Below are positions 25,101 to 38,132 of a stretch of 61,603 nt of DNA, piece after piece. The notes under the pieces were generated by a model. It was not told the origin of the DNA and did no database searches. It saw only the letters and a list, made by a program, of their open reading frames with translations. Each line of letters begins with the position of its first letter. Within the stretch, counting starts at the first letter, position 1. This stretch comes from Carcharhinus longimanus (taxonomy: Eukaryota): contig JASCQW010000128.1 in the NCBI GenBank assembly GCA_030264375.1, positions 14,390,588 through 14,452,190 on the forward strand. Reading direction: 5' to 3'. Position numbers and translations under genes: made by a program.

Positions 25101-26089
25101 CGCCAGTGAGAAAAGAAATATTTCAAAATAAACCCATTTTCACACAGTAGCAGTCTATAACATAATATACATTTTCATTTCTCCAAGGCTATGCTTTCCT
25201 AACCTGATTCCTGATGATATTGAATTTCAGTGTCTTTGCATAGATTATGTTGAATTTACAGCACAAACAAGTCATTCAGCCAATCTGATTCATGCTGGTC
25301 TTTATACTGCACACAACCCTTCTGCCCACCTTATTACTTCTAGCCCAGTCAGAATATACTCCCTTCCTTTCTCCCGAGTGTACTTGTTTAGCTTCCCCTT
25401 AAATGTATTCATGATATTCACCCCAATACTTCGTTATTTTAAAAAAAAACCTTGTAAATGCATTGCCTGATAGGATGGTGGAAACACTTTCAGTGGTAGG
25501 TTGGGTAAATCTCACAAGCAGAAATGTTTGTAGGGAAGTGGAAGAAGAATTGGAAACTGGGGCTGACTGAATTGTTTATGAAAGAGCCAGCACATGTTTG
25601 ATGGGCTGAGTAGCCTCTTTCTGTGCTTTACTAGATTATGTGCGAGGGACTTTCCTTCCCCCATTGTCGTTAGATGCCCCAGGGTGCTGTGTGAGGTGGG
25701 TCTATTGGGTGTGATAGTGGGAATTCCGTGTCTGTGGTCGGAGGGGGGGTCCTTCATCCTTCTTTTAACTTTCAGACAGTGGGGTACCCTTTTAAAATGA
25801 TGCAACCTGTTAAGAACTGTTATTATTGGCTGAATGGGCTTATTCAGACCATGATGCCATGGGACCCACGTCCTTGATTTTCTTTGCCTAAGTGTCAAAA
25901 AATATGGGGGGAAAAGTTGACATGGGCCTGAGTGGCTACACCTCTCTGTCTGAGGTGGCACTCGCCAGAATTTTCTCAGTGTTTGACTATATGGTTGCAA
26001 GTTTCATATTCTAGCTACCCTCAGAGTAAAACAGTTTCACCTGGGTGTATGTGCCCCTATTATGGATTTCCTGCAGAAGTGGAAACTTC

Positions 26090-26260
26090 TGTGTGAAACC
26101 TACCAAGCCTTTCATAATTTTTAAGATCTCTATTAGGTCACACCTCAACTTGTCTCTTCTAAAGAAAAGAGCTTCGGGCCTTTTTGATCTTCCCTGATAC
26201 TTAACAGTTTCTAGTTCTAATATCATCCTTGTGTGTCTTTTTGACATCTTCTCCAGTGCC
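26090..26260 (-). mobile_element. CR1 fragment
   Basis: Minus-strand ORF text 'LRCDLIEILKIMKG' matches the CR1 RT C-terminal motif. Confidence 0.6.
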
Positions 26261-26332
26261 TGTTAATGCAAAGATAAAGTAACGAGGTCCAGGAGCAGCT
26301 TACTCATCTCCCCTCAAAGCTTTTTTATTTTT

Positions 26333-27380
26333 TGATTTGATTTATTATTGTCACACACATTAGTATACAGTGAAAAGTGTTGTTTGTTGTGCGCTATACA
26401 GACAAAGCATACCGTTATAGAGAAGGAAAGGAGAGGGTGCAGAAGATATAGCTAGGGTGTAGAGAAATATCAACTTAATGTGAGGTAGGTCTGTTCAGAA
26501 GCCTGATGGCATCAGGGAAGAAGCTGTTCTTGAGTCCGTTGGTACGTGACCTCAGGCTTTCGTATCATTTTCCCAGTGAAGAAGGTGGAAGAAAGTATAT
26601 CCGGGGTGTGTGGGATCCTTGATTGTGTTGGCTGCTTTTCCAAGGCAGTGGGAAGTGTAGATGGAGTCAATGGATGGCTGGCTGGTTTGCGACTCCTTTG
26701 TAGCTTGAGAATCATAGAACACCTATAGTGCAGAAGGAGGCCATTTGGCCCATTGAGTCGGCACCGACCCCCAGATAGAGAATCCTGCCCACGCCTTCTC
26801 CCCATAAGTCCACGTATTTGTCCTGCTGATTCCCCTACACAATTTGAAACACCTTAGGGACAAATTAGCATGGCCAATCAACCTAACCTGCACATCTTTG
26901 GGCTGTGGGAAGAAACTGGAGCACCTGGAGAAAATCCACGCAGACGCAGGGAGAACGTGCAAACTCCACACAAATAGTCAGTCAAGGCTAGAATTGAACC
27001 TGGGTCCCTGGCACTGTGAGACAGCAGTGCTAACCATTGTTTGATTTTGATTTGATATGATTTATTATTGTCACCATGTATTAACATACAGTGAAAAGTA
27101 TTGTTTCTTGCGCACTATACAAACAAAGCATACTGTTCATAGAGAAGGAAACGAGAGAGTGTAGAATGTACTGTTATAGTCATAGCTAGGGCATAGGGAA
27201 AGATCGACTTAATGCAATGGATGTCCATTCAAAACTCTGACAGCAGCAGGGAAGAAGTTGTTCTTGAATTGGTTGGCACATAACCTCAGACTTTTGTATC
27301 ATTTTCCTGATGGAAGAGAGAATGTCTGGGGTGTGTGCGGTCCTTAATTATGCTGGCTGCTTTGCCAAGGCAGCGGGAAT
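26333..27380 (-). mobile_element. Two Rex1-type LINE 3' ends (26333-26705, 27041-27380) with an HE1 SINE (26708-27040) between them
   Basis: (tttga)n tails with 'tttattattgtcac...atacagtgaaaagt' twice; intact HE1 head, V-domain and tail A between. Confidence 0.8.
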
Positions 27381-30300
27381 TGTGCCACCTTGTCATCCCT
27401 CAACCTGCAATTCAACTTCAAATCTGCATGACTTTTGGTAAGAACTTGACCTTCGTTGTCACATGGCATCATCATAACCCCGAGGATGTTTGTGGCTATG
27501 TAACACCACCTTTAGCCACCAGTTACTTCAGATTCAAGTTAACAGTTTTTAAACTGTACAAGATATTGCTACTCTCTTCAGAGAAGCTAATTTGAATCAG
27601 AAAACATAAAGCTCCATCATTTGTTCTTTCTAAACAGTTCCAATGCTAGTTGCAACATGGAAATATTAGCATTTGGACTATATCCTGAAGAAATGTTTTT
27701 CTCCATTCGAATGTACTGTAATTAAATGAGTATTTTGGCTTCCACAGTGTTTTTTTTTAAACTTGGACCTGTTTATTTTCTTTAATTTTATTAAACATGC
27801 AGTGCAGAGCTGGATAAATAAGCAGATTTGCTTAGTTTCATCATTTTTTTCGTTGCAAGTCATATGGTGTAGAGTAATAACCAAAGTGATCAATGAGTGA
27901 AAGATAAATCTCTGGTCCTTTTCTGGCTTGTACAATTTAATTAACTTAGTATTTGAAGGTAAGCAGACCTACTGTACCACTGTAGCATTTTTAAAGTGGA
28001 AATCAAACTTTATATGCAGAGTTTAAAGCTTTATTGCTTTGTTGTTAAGCTGAGTAGGACAGTCCCAATATGTGGACTTAACTCTTGATCACCCTGTTTA
28101 TGTAAACTGATTGCCTTTGAATAAAAAGATTACTGATTGCTAAAATTGTAAGCATTAACCATCTATTTTAGAAAATGCCTGATGTTAGGATTCTCCGTTG
28201 GTGATGTCTGATGATGATGGTGATGATAAATCAACAGGATGATGTCTGAAAATCTGTTCTGTCTTAATCAATACATGCTGACAAATGAAATAAGCACTGA
28301 TCCCATTGCCCGGTTTGACTGCTGCCAATCCCCGTTGGCTGTTCTTGCCAAGTAAATGGAATAAATCAGATTATTTGCTGAAATTTGGACATGATAAAGC
28401 GTGAAATAGCATGAGGTTGCTTGCTGGATGGCTCCTTTACTCATTAAGGACATTGCATATTACGTTACCAGCTTCCTGGCACAGTTGGAGTATTTTGAAG
28501 TAAGCTTAGAGCAGTAACTCCATCTTGGTATGGGGTTAGAGAGAAAATGCAAATAAATGCACTTTGCACCATGGGGATGAAGGAGGATGCCTCTCATTTA
28601 TCTTTGTAGTGCTTTGAAAGTATATTTTGCATTTCTGTTTGTACATATGGAGGCGATTTTCTAAGATATACATTTGCAGATGAAGTTACAAGCTTCCAGA
28701 GCGTACTTGTAAAACTATCCTCAATTACAAACCAAAAGCACATTGAAAGCCTACAGTATGTAATGCTTTTAAAACAAGGAAACCTGTTGTTATCCACTTT
28801 GGATATCATTGCCTGTCTTACACGGACAAGCAGATTAATATTATATCCAGCAAATGTCAGGTGTATGTCCTCTGGTTAGAATACTGCACTTTCCATCAAT
28901 GACAAGTCAACAAAGTTAAACGTTATTGAATTCTTCGTCCTTAAGAAGAACTTGATATGGAGCTTGTAACCACAGGGGAGTTGTTGAGGGAAATAGCATT
29001 GATGCTATTAGGGTCCTCGTAGAGACCAATAACTTTTAAAAGAGAAAGNNNNNNNNNNNNNNNNNNNNNNNNNNNNNNNNNNNNNNNNNNNNNNNNNNNN
29101 NNNNNNNNNNNNNNNNNNNNNNNNNNNNNNNNNNNNNNNNNNNNNNNNAAGAGAAAGATTTCTCAAACAAGCAATAGAAATAATGGGAGAACAAGATTTC
29201 ACATTTTAATACTTTTACTGTAACATACAAACCAAATTCAATAAAGATCAAACATTAATTAAGAGGAAATTGATACATTAAACTTAAGAAAAGGGTAATT
29301 TCCACCTTGACAAACTTTAATGAGTTGGGCTTAATGGCCTGCTTTGTACTATAAGTTCGATGTAATACTCTGTTTCACAGATATTCTGTTTCATAGTTTC
29401 CTTTGCGTGTTAAATTTAAATAATACTACTTTCTCATCTCACCACCCTTCCATGAACAGAAAGGTGTTTTTAATTTCCTTTCTCCTTTTTTAAGTAGCGA
29501 TGTTTTTCTCAACTGCTCAGTTTTGGTGTGATCCAGTTTTCTATTAATAACCCCAAAGCAAACTCAAGATAAAATGAACTGAAAGAGTTAGTTCATTTGC
29601 ACAGATTCAAAATGCAGGAGGAGGGTTGCAACATTGCTTCCTGCCAGTTTAGATGGTAAACCACGGATTGAACTTCTAATAAACAATGTAGAGATGTGCT
29701 CATTGCTACCTCTAAAGCTTTCATACTATCACATCATATGAAGTCAACTTAACANNNNNNNNNNACTCTATGTCACAGTTCTGGCAGACATGTAGCATTA
29801 AAGGGATAGTTTTAAAGTTACCCCCATTTCTTCAGCAAAGGTTCATCTCGTCCCACCATGCTAAGTCAAATCTCCCAGCATTCTTTGACAGTCGTTCCAC
29901 TGTGTCTCTGTTTTCTCCATCTGATTATCACCAGCATGGCACATCTTGTTTCCCCTTCTTGTCCACAGCAGCAGCTTTTTGTCTCAGCAGCTGCATTTAT
30001 TTTGTTCTGTGTGCTCCTGATAGAAGCGCTAGAACTGTCACTTAACAATTGAATAGATTTCTATTTGAGTTTTCTATTCTATTTGAGCTTTTTCCCCATG
30101 CATACTTATTAGGACTGAAGTGTTTACTAGGAGTTCACGACAACCACTTTACAGATGTGACTGATATGGGACTAAGACCTCACCCTGTTTTTTTTAAAAC
30201 TAAAAAAAAATTAGCCCCCTCCTGTTCATAATGCAGCTTTCTGTTTTACTCTAATTAAAAATCCAATTTTAAAATATAATCATCTTGTGAAGTACAGCAT

Positions 30301-30569
30301 TCATAATGCATTTAAGTGGAAGCTAGATAAACAGATGGAGGAAGAAGGGATAAGATAGGGTTAGATGCATAGGGGTAGGAAGAGGCTGGTGTGGAGTGTA
30401 AAACATCAGTTTGTATGAGTTGGGCTTAATGGCTGTTATTGTACCAGAAGTTCGATGTAATACTCTGTTTCATAGATTAGTTTGAATGTGTTCATCTTCA
30501 GTACAAAAACTGAAAGTTTTATCTTGGAAAAAGCTGTTTTTGAGTCGCTTGGTGTGATTATATGATCTT

Positions 30570-31200
30570 AGACAGAAGAAGGTGGAAGAGAGTATGTCCC
30601 GACCATGTGGTTATGCTGGCTGCTTTTCCGAAGCACCAGGAATTGTAGACAGAGTCAATGGATGGGAGGCTGGTTTGAGTGATAGACTGGTTTCTGTTCA
30701 TAACCCTTTGTAGTTTATTGCAGTCTTGGGCAAAGCATGAGCAATACCAAGCTGTGATACAACCAGAAAGAATGCTTTCTATGGTGCATCTGTAGACGTT
30801 GCTGAGAGTTGAAGCAGAAATGCCAAATTTCGTTAGCCTCCAGAGAAAGTAGAGGCATTGGTGAGCATTCTTAACTATAGCCTCTGCATGGAGGGACTAG
30901 GACAGGTTGTTGGTGATCTGGACACCTAAAAACTTGAAGCTCTCGACCATTTCTATTTCATCCCCATTGATATAGACAATGCCTTCCACTATGCTTCCTG
31001 AAATCGATGACTATCTCCTTCGTTTGTTAACACTGAGGGAGAGATTATTGGCGTCACACTAGTTCACCAGTTTCTCTATCTCATTCCTGTACTGTTTCTT
31101 GTCATTGTTTGAGATCTGACCCACAATGCTGGTATCATCAGCAAACTTGAAAATTGAGTTGGAGGGGAATTTGGCTACACAGGCAAAAGTGAATAAGGAG
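30570..31200 (-). mobile_element. Rex1-type LINE RT remnant
   Basis: ORF 31059-31247 contains KFADDTSIVGQISNNDKKQYRNEIEKLVN, the Rex1-type FADD RT motif. Confidence 0.85.
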
Positions 31201-32629
31201 TCTAGTAAGCCCTGGGCCTCAACCAGCATTCTAGATGACAACTCCATTCATGCACATCTTAGTAAAGTTTATTATTTATCTGAGCCTAAAATTCATGGCA
31301 ACAGAACAAGTTGGTGATTTTAATAGGCAAATAAGCAAGTTTGCACTACACCGCGACTGTCACTGCATAGAATTTGGCAGTTTCAGATTTGAAAACTGTT
31401 CTTTTTTTCTCATGGTGAAGAATTTATCTTCACAAAAATCCCTCCCACATCCACTGTTATTAGGTGGAGGATTTGGCCAGAATACTGCAGAGATTGATCA
31501 GAAATATTGATCAGCATTCCAATACGTCCCGAAAAGCATTGGATTGGTGTAGACAGTAACTTCCTATAAAATGTGCGTGTTTTATTTTTGTGCAATGGAC
31601 ACATGATTGAAATTTCATCAGACAAGGTGAAAAATTGGGACTTATGGGGGAGGCCATTTCGTCCATTTCAGCTGCTCCATCCAGAAGGTAATTAGCCTCC
31701 CCAGTAGAACACTCTTAACTTCTGTTTTTGCTTCAGGCCTCCCCTAAGGTTGAATCCAATTCTTAGTTACCCTTTGGACAGATTTTAATGTCGGCAATGG
31801 GAGTCTTGTCCACTGGCTGGTGAGCTGCTGAATACCCTGCATGACATCTTTTTGGGAAGGCCTGCTTTATTAAGTGCCAATCAGGCACTTAACTGCAAAA
31901 CATTCCCTGGGGCTGGAATTACCACTTGCTGGGCAATTAGAGGTCAGCGGCTCTTCATTGCTCAGCAGCGCCACCAGGGCAGAAATGACTACTGCTGGTA
32001 ATGCACCTGCCAGAGTCCCAGGGTTACGAAAGACTCGGGTCACAGGCAAGAGATGGCAGGATTGCTGGGCGGAGGTTGCAGGAGATGGAAGGGAGTCAGC
32101 AAAAGGGGTAGAGGGGTGGTGCGCATTTTCTGATGCTGACTTCCTCAGTTAGATACTACTTCCTATAAAGTTGGAAGCAACACCGACCAGGCTTTGCTTC
32201 TCAAGCTTCCTGCATGGTGAATCCTTCACAGGTCACTGGTGAATGCCAGTAACAGCAGGATGAGGCCCTTCAGTAGGCATTAATTTCCCACTCCAGGGTC
32301 TCAATTGATGATGGGATGGGAAGGGCATCCATGAACCTTCCCACCATGAATTAAATCAGTATGGAGTTGGGAAGGCAACAGGCCTCCAGCTACCACCCTC
32401 CCTCCCTCCTGATTAACTGCCCATTCAATTTCAGCTTTTGAAACATAAAAAAGAGCTCTGATTATGAGAAATAGTACGTAACTAATTACACACCATTTAA
32501 ATCCTGGTCTTGTAAAAAGTTTCCCATTCATTCCTTCTTGGCTTATGACTTCATGAGGATTCTCAGATTCGTGATTCTTGAGAAGTTGCAGCATGATATT
32601 GGAGTTAAGAGTCCTCATTCATGTGAAAA

Positions 32630-33330
32630 GCTTAGTTTCTTCTTTGAGCAGTGAAAGGTTAGTGGGAGATTTAATAGAGGTGTTCAAAATTATAAGGGGT
32701 CTTGATGGAGCAGCAGCGGAGAATATTTTTCTATAGGCAGAAGGAATGGTAACCAAAGATTTAATGTAATTGTCAAAACATCCATGGGGATAATGAAGAG
32801 ATTTTTGTTTTAAGCAGCAAATTGTTATGGCCTCAAAAGCAATGCCTGATTTGATCGTAACTTTCCAAAGGGAGTTGGATAAATACTTGGGAGTGAAAAA
32901 TTTGTAGGACAAGTAGCAAGAGCAGGGGAGTGAATAATTGTTTCAGACAGCTGGCACAGATAAAAAAGGGCTGAATGGTCTTCTTTACTTTATGAATCTA
33001 TGATTTTTTTTTCATTTGTGGGACATGGGCATCGCTGGGTAGGCCAGCACTTATTACCCATCCCTAGTTGCCCTTGAGAAGGTGGCGGTGAGCTGCCTTC
33101 GTGAATTGTTGCAGTCCATGTACTGTGAGTCGACCCACAATGCTGTTGGGAGGGAATTCCAGGATTTTGACCCAGTGCCTGCGAAGGGACAACAATAAAT
33201 TTCCAAGTCAGGATGGTAAGTGGCTTGGAGGGGAACTTGCATGTGTTCCCATTTATCTTCTATCCTTGTCTTTCTAGATGGAAGTGGTCCTGGGTTTGGA
33301 AGGTGCTCTTTAAGGATCTTTGGTGATTCT
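32630..33330. mobile_element. Tail-to-tail CR1 3' end (+, 32630-33005) and CR1-type 3' end (-, 33006-33330)
   Basis: 'ggagatttaatagaggtgttcaaaattataaggg' and 'ttcatttgtgggacatgggcatcgctggg...cccatccctagttgcccttgagaaggtggcggtg'. Confidence 0.75.
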
Positions 33331-34581
33331 ATAATTCAAACTCTGTGATTTGCACTTGTTCTTTAAACTTTCAAATCTCATTGTCACCAGTGAAATGGAG
33401 TGGATTTATTGCCATAGATTTCCAATGGACCAAATTATTTCATCTCCTATGTTTTGCTTACAGAATGGAAGCATTTATTGTTACAAAGTATTTCAGCCAG
33501 TGGCCAATTTGAAGACAAGACATCATTTGGAATCAGTAACAAACAGTCATGAGGTTGAGTTGTGAAGGAAAACCTTTTTATCAGTTACACCACAGATTAA
33601 TTTATTTTGCCGATAAGACTTTAGCACTTTTAAATAATTTGGTGACAATATAAAACTTCGATTTGAAACACTATCTCTTTTTCAGCCATCGAGATTAGTT
33701 TGACCCAATGAGTGTCAGCAAATAAGCAAGTTGAATATGCCTGGGCCAATTACTGCCCCAAGTAAACCAAGGGTTAATTATTCCTGGGTTTCCTCAGATT
33801 TAGAGTCTCCAAGACCCCATGCTGTTGAATTTATTGTTCCATGGAATGTGAAAGTCACAACGAAATGCAGTTAGTTAAATTTACAAGCAATAAAATGTTG
33901 ATCCTATATTATCCTAGGAAGGACACGTAATTTCTTAAATTTGTAATTTTACCTGCCTGCTGTGCACTCCGAACTCAAGCTGGAGAACACCAGGGTTACA
34001 ATGAAATCGGAAATCTGCAGGCTGGGTGTGGAAACCCCCAGCAAGCTCTTGGATGTTTCACTTCTACAGCTCAGTCGCTGTTTCTCATCAACTTGCTCAG
34101 CAGAGCAGTAGGAACAGCTTTTTTCCTTGTTGGAACCGGCACACAAGTGGCTCGAGAGTCCACTACAGTAAAATGTGCCTTCTGGCCTCATTTGGCATTT
34201 AGCCTGTGAATGTCTGTGGAGGGATTGGAAGTTACAGTGCGTGGAAAAAAACATTGATTAACCCTTTAGGGTAATACGGTGTGGAGCTCGGACCACAACA
34301 GAGACTGTTACTGTCATTGCAACACTTCACAAAGTACTTTATTGGCTGTAAAATACTTAGAGCACTGGGTGATCATGAAAATTGCTATATAAATGCAAGC
34401 TTTTCTTCTTAATACAGCAGATTATCAAAGGAAATGATAGTTNNNNNNNNNNNNNNNNCATTTCACAGTAAACCTTAGAAAGCTAAACAAATACTGATAT
34501 CATTTTGAAACAATACTACCTAGTATTCAGTAACATTGCTGTTTGGAGTTGCAGAATTCTCAATGGGCTGAACAACACATT

Positions 34582-34708
34582 GGACGGGATTTAACTGCCT
34601 CGCTCATCCCGAAACTGTAAAATTCCACTCAAGGTCACCAGACCTTTCCATTGTCTGCCCCTTGCCCACTCTGATTCCCATGGCAGGCAGGACAGTATAA
34701 TTCCGACC
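34582..34708. mobile_element. Harbinger/Tourist-like MITE (~127 bp)
   Basis: Imperfect TIRs ggacgggatttaac / gtataattccgacc; same size and style as the neighbouring MITEs. Confidence 0.6.
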
Positions 34709-34853
34709 AATGACCTTTCCATAAGTCTCCCAGTACAGCTGAAGCAACTTTAAGGAGCTCCCCCACGTGCTGTGTTTGATTTGTGAACTTGTTCTGCTTC
34801 ACATATTCTAAATTTGGGATGTTTTCACTTATTGATTGTACTTTTGTTTCTTA

Positions 34854-34979
34854 GGCCGGAATTTTACCGGCATGTCCGTCTGAGGCTTGTAAGATCGCGC
34901 CTGAGGCCAACTGAGAATGCTGTTCTGCAATCCTGGCCCATCCCGATTCCGGGGCCGGCATGCTGGTAAAATTAGGGCC
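34854..34979. mobile_element. Harbinger/Tourist-like MITE with TTA TSD
   Basis: tta|ggccggaattttaccggcatg ... catgctggtaaaattagggcc|tta. Confidence 0.85.
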
Positions 34980-35274
34980 TTAGCGTATCACATATTACAC
35001 GTCTACATGAAATAACAGAGCTATTTTAAAATATTTATTGCCCTTTTTTACAATCAGTAGTTTGGTGTGTGCAAACAGACATATGGTGGGGTAATTTGTT
35101 CACTTTGCAGACTTATCTTGATTCTCCTCAGCTGCTACCTTTCATGGCCTTTTTCAACTAAATCATTTGTTTGTAAGGATATTTCTCTTCCATTACCCAT
35201 CAACTCTGATGCACAACCATCATTTAGCTTAATTTATATTTCTAGGCATTAATCCTAGACATGTGAGACACTAA

Positions 35275-35395
35275 GACCCTGATTTTACAGCATGCCTGCC
35301 GTAGAATTGGGGTGGGCCAGGATCACAGAACGGCGTTTTCCATTGCCTCGGGTGCAATCTTATGAGTCTTGGGCAATTCTGGTAAAATACCCACC
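35275..35395. mobile_element. Harbinger/Tourist-like MITE with TAA TSD (inverted relative of 34854-34979)
   Basis: taa|gaccctgattttacagcatg ... tctggtaaaatacccacc|taa. Confidence 0.8.
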
Positions 35396-37419
35396 TAAGG
35401 AACAGAAGTACAATCAATAAGTGAAAACATCCCAAATTTAGAACATATGAGGCAGAACACGTTCACAAGTCAAACGGAGCAAAGGGGGAAAATAGCAATA
35501 GCAAGTACTCTGTTGCTTAACATCACCATTTTGGTGCATTTCCCAATCTGCAGAATGTCACCAACTTGAAACTTTTGGCAGATGCAATTGCTGAGGTTTT
35601 TATTCTATGTTACATCTTGATTGTGTGTTCTTCAGAGTTGTGAGCGTGCAAAAGGTACAAAAAGACTTGCTGTAGTAGAGTATGAAGGTTTGCATGCATA
35701 AACTCTGCGACATGAGCCATAACCTTGCCGATTACCATTACCAGAATCCACCTTCTCCTGCGTCTGTTCCAGTGTCAGTTCATCCTGACTTCCACATCTT
35801 GCCAGGTCTGGTACGCTGTGCTGCCCTCTGAGGATGGTTCCCTGGAGTGCCAGTCAGGCAGAAGTCATTGCACTTAGCTCATGTACTAACCTTGCCAGTG
35901 TCTAGACACTAGCCTTGGAGAAACTTTCAAATTCTTTAGAATGGCACTGGGAGGCTGTTCTTTTTATCTAAGGAATCAGGAATTCAACCACCTTTTCAGA
36001 AGCAAGATTATGAAAATTAACACTTGTAACTGTTTGCTCCACATTAAAATGCCTCAGCTTGACATAATGTACCACCTGAAAAATCCAATCTCTGTCATGC
36101 AGTGCATACTAGCTAATGGCTGCATTGGAGCAAGGCTTCTTCAACAGGACATCCTAAACATGTGACCTCTGTCATCGAGAAGGTACCTAAAAACGCATGG
36201 AAGTCGATCACCTCCAAGTAATATACCATCCTTACTTGGGACATTTACCAACTTTCTTTTCTCATCACAGGGTCAAAATTTTTGTAATTCCTGACCCAAC
36301 AGCAGGATGGAGACATCTTCACCACACAGACTGCAGCTCACCACCACTTCCTCAAGGACAACTAGGAATGGACATTAAATGCTGCCCTTGTTAGCCACAC
36401 CAGAATGAATGAAAAAAAAGCAATACTGTTGAACAGATTGATGTGGGAAAGTTGCTGAATCGGCATTTGGTTTGTTTACTTGTCCCTATTCTAGATGGAT
36501 GCAACCAAATAAATAGCTGTGAACTGAGAAAAGAAAGATGGGCAGAAAACACCAACATGGCTTTAAAAGATTGCACTGTATAGTTGCTGAGCTATTAATG
36601 GTAATAATTTAAGATACAAATCCATCATGGAAAAACTGAGATGTAGCTTCATTATATAGAAGCTGTACTCTGCTTACTCAGGAGACCAATACTGTGACTT
36701 AGGACGCAGGCCAATAATGTGTGGCTGCCACAACTGAAAAATAAACATTGGCTCAACCATTTAGCACACTGCATCTTTATCACAGAAAACCTCAGTGATG
36801 GTGGCTGTGTATGTTATCTGCTTCACAGCAGACTGGTAGAGAAATTGCCACCATATGTAAAGTTGCACTTTATCAGACAGAAGGGAATTGCTAACTTTTG
36901 TCCAGTGTTTTACTAAATTGGCATTTATTGTGGAGAATTTCAATGTATTCCCCTTTCTTAAGTATGAGACAAATGTGCTTTTTGGCACTAAAACCAGATT
37001 CTGAATAAGACTACACAGAATAACATTGATTTTGGGGAACAGTTCAAAAGAAGGTTGGATCGGTGATTTAAAAATAAGACTGCATCTAGTTTTCCCACTG
37101 TCATGGAAAGTATCAAAATGTGGGTTAAACTGAACTTATTCCATTGGTCACCTGAGTTTTGTTCATTTAAATGGACAGCTTTGTATCTCACTGCTAACCG
37201 GGCTGCATCTTCAACCTTTCAATCTTCTGAAACTTAGCCATTTTATGTAACCATATGACATTGTGTTTTTATAACATCACTAAATAAGAGCAGTGAATGT
37301 ATACAATGCTGCCCTCTTTAGGAGCATATGCTTGATACTGATGTAGTATTTATGCCCCTTTTGTAAGCTTCAGTTGCAGTTTACGTACTCACTATTGAAG
37401 AGTGAAGATTTGAGCGTGA

Positions 37420-38085
37420 AATCTAGCCGATACTAATCGAAATGCAGCACTGTGGGAGGGCTGTGTTATTGAAGGTGTGCCACTACTTGGTTAAGATTGT
37501 AAATGGATGCCCATAAAAGTTCAAAGTTTAAGTTTTAAGATTAGTTATTCGTGTCACAAGTAAGCTTAGTTAACACTGCAATGAAGTTACTGTGAAAGTC
37601 CCCTCGTCGCCACATTCCAGCACCTGTTCGGGCACACTGAGGGAGAATTTAGCATGGCTAATGCACCTAACTAGCACGTCTTTCGGATTGTGGAAACCAG
37701 AGCACCCACAGGAAAGCCACGCAGACATGGGGAGAACGTGCAGACTCCACACAGATAATGTCTGAAGCACAGAATTGAACCCAGGTCCCTGGCGCTGTGA
37801 GGCCACAGTGCTAACCACTGTGCCACCATGCCACCTTAAAAAGATCCTACTGCACTGTTTCAAAGAAGAGCAATGGATTTCTCCCTGGTGATCCAGTGAA
37901 TATTTATCCTTTGACCAACACCACTAAAATGGGTAGCTGGTCACTTATCTCATTGTTGTTTGTGAGAGTTGGCTGTGTATAAATTGGCTTCTGAGTTTCC
38001 TACATTACAACAGTAACTTCATTGCCTGCAAAGCACTTGTAGATATCCTGAGGTTATGGGAAAGGCATATAAAATTGAAGTTCAA
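37420..38085 (+). mobile_element. DeuSINE (SacSINE1-like) interrupted by an HE1 tail-B copy
   Basis: 5' part ends 'ggatgcccataaaag'; it resumes 'aaaagatcctactgcactgtttcaaagaagagc...ttggctgtgtataaattggct' after 37832. Confidence 0.75.
37545..37832 (-). mobile_element. HE1-type SINE, full length, tail B
   Basis: Minus-strand head 'ggcatggtggcacagtggttagcactgtggcctcacagcgcc', V-domain and tail B. Confidence 0.9.
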
Positions 38086-38132
38086 TTTGTTGGCCTGTTG
38101 AAATCTGTACCATGTTACCTCAGAATTATGTC

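Larger units (their letters stand above)
34768..35481. repeat. Long inverted repeat, ~220-bp arms, ~265-bp spacer
   Basis: 'ttctaaatttgggatgttttcacttattgattgtact' (left) is the exact reverse complement of 'agtacaatcaataagtgaaaacatcccaaatttagaa' (right); similarity extends through both MITEs. Confidence 0.9.

Noticed and set aside
28200-28249. TGATGA...CTGA resembling a C/D box snoRNA
   Set aside because: Too short, lies in a (GAT)n-like low-complexity tract and has no terminal stem.
33949-34254. 101-aa minus-strand ORF ending near a possible donor site
   Set aside because: No recognisable domain and no partner exons.
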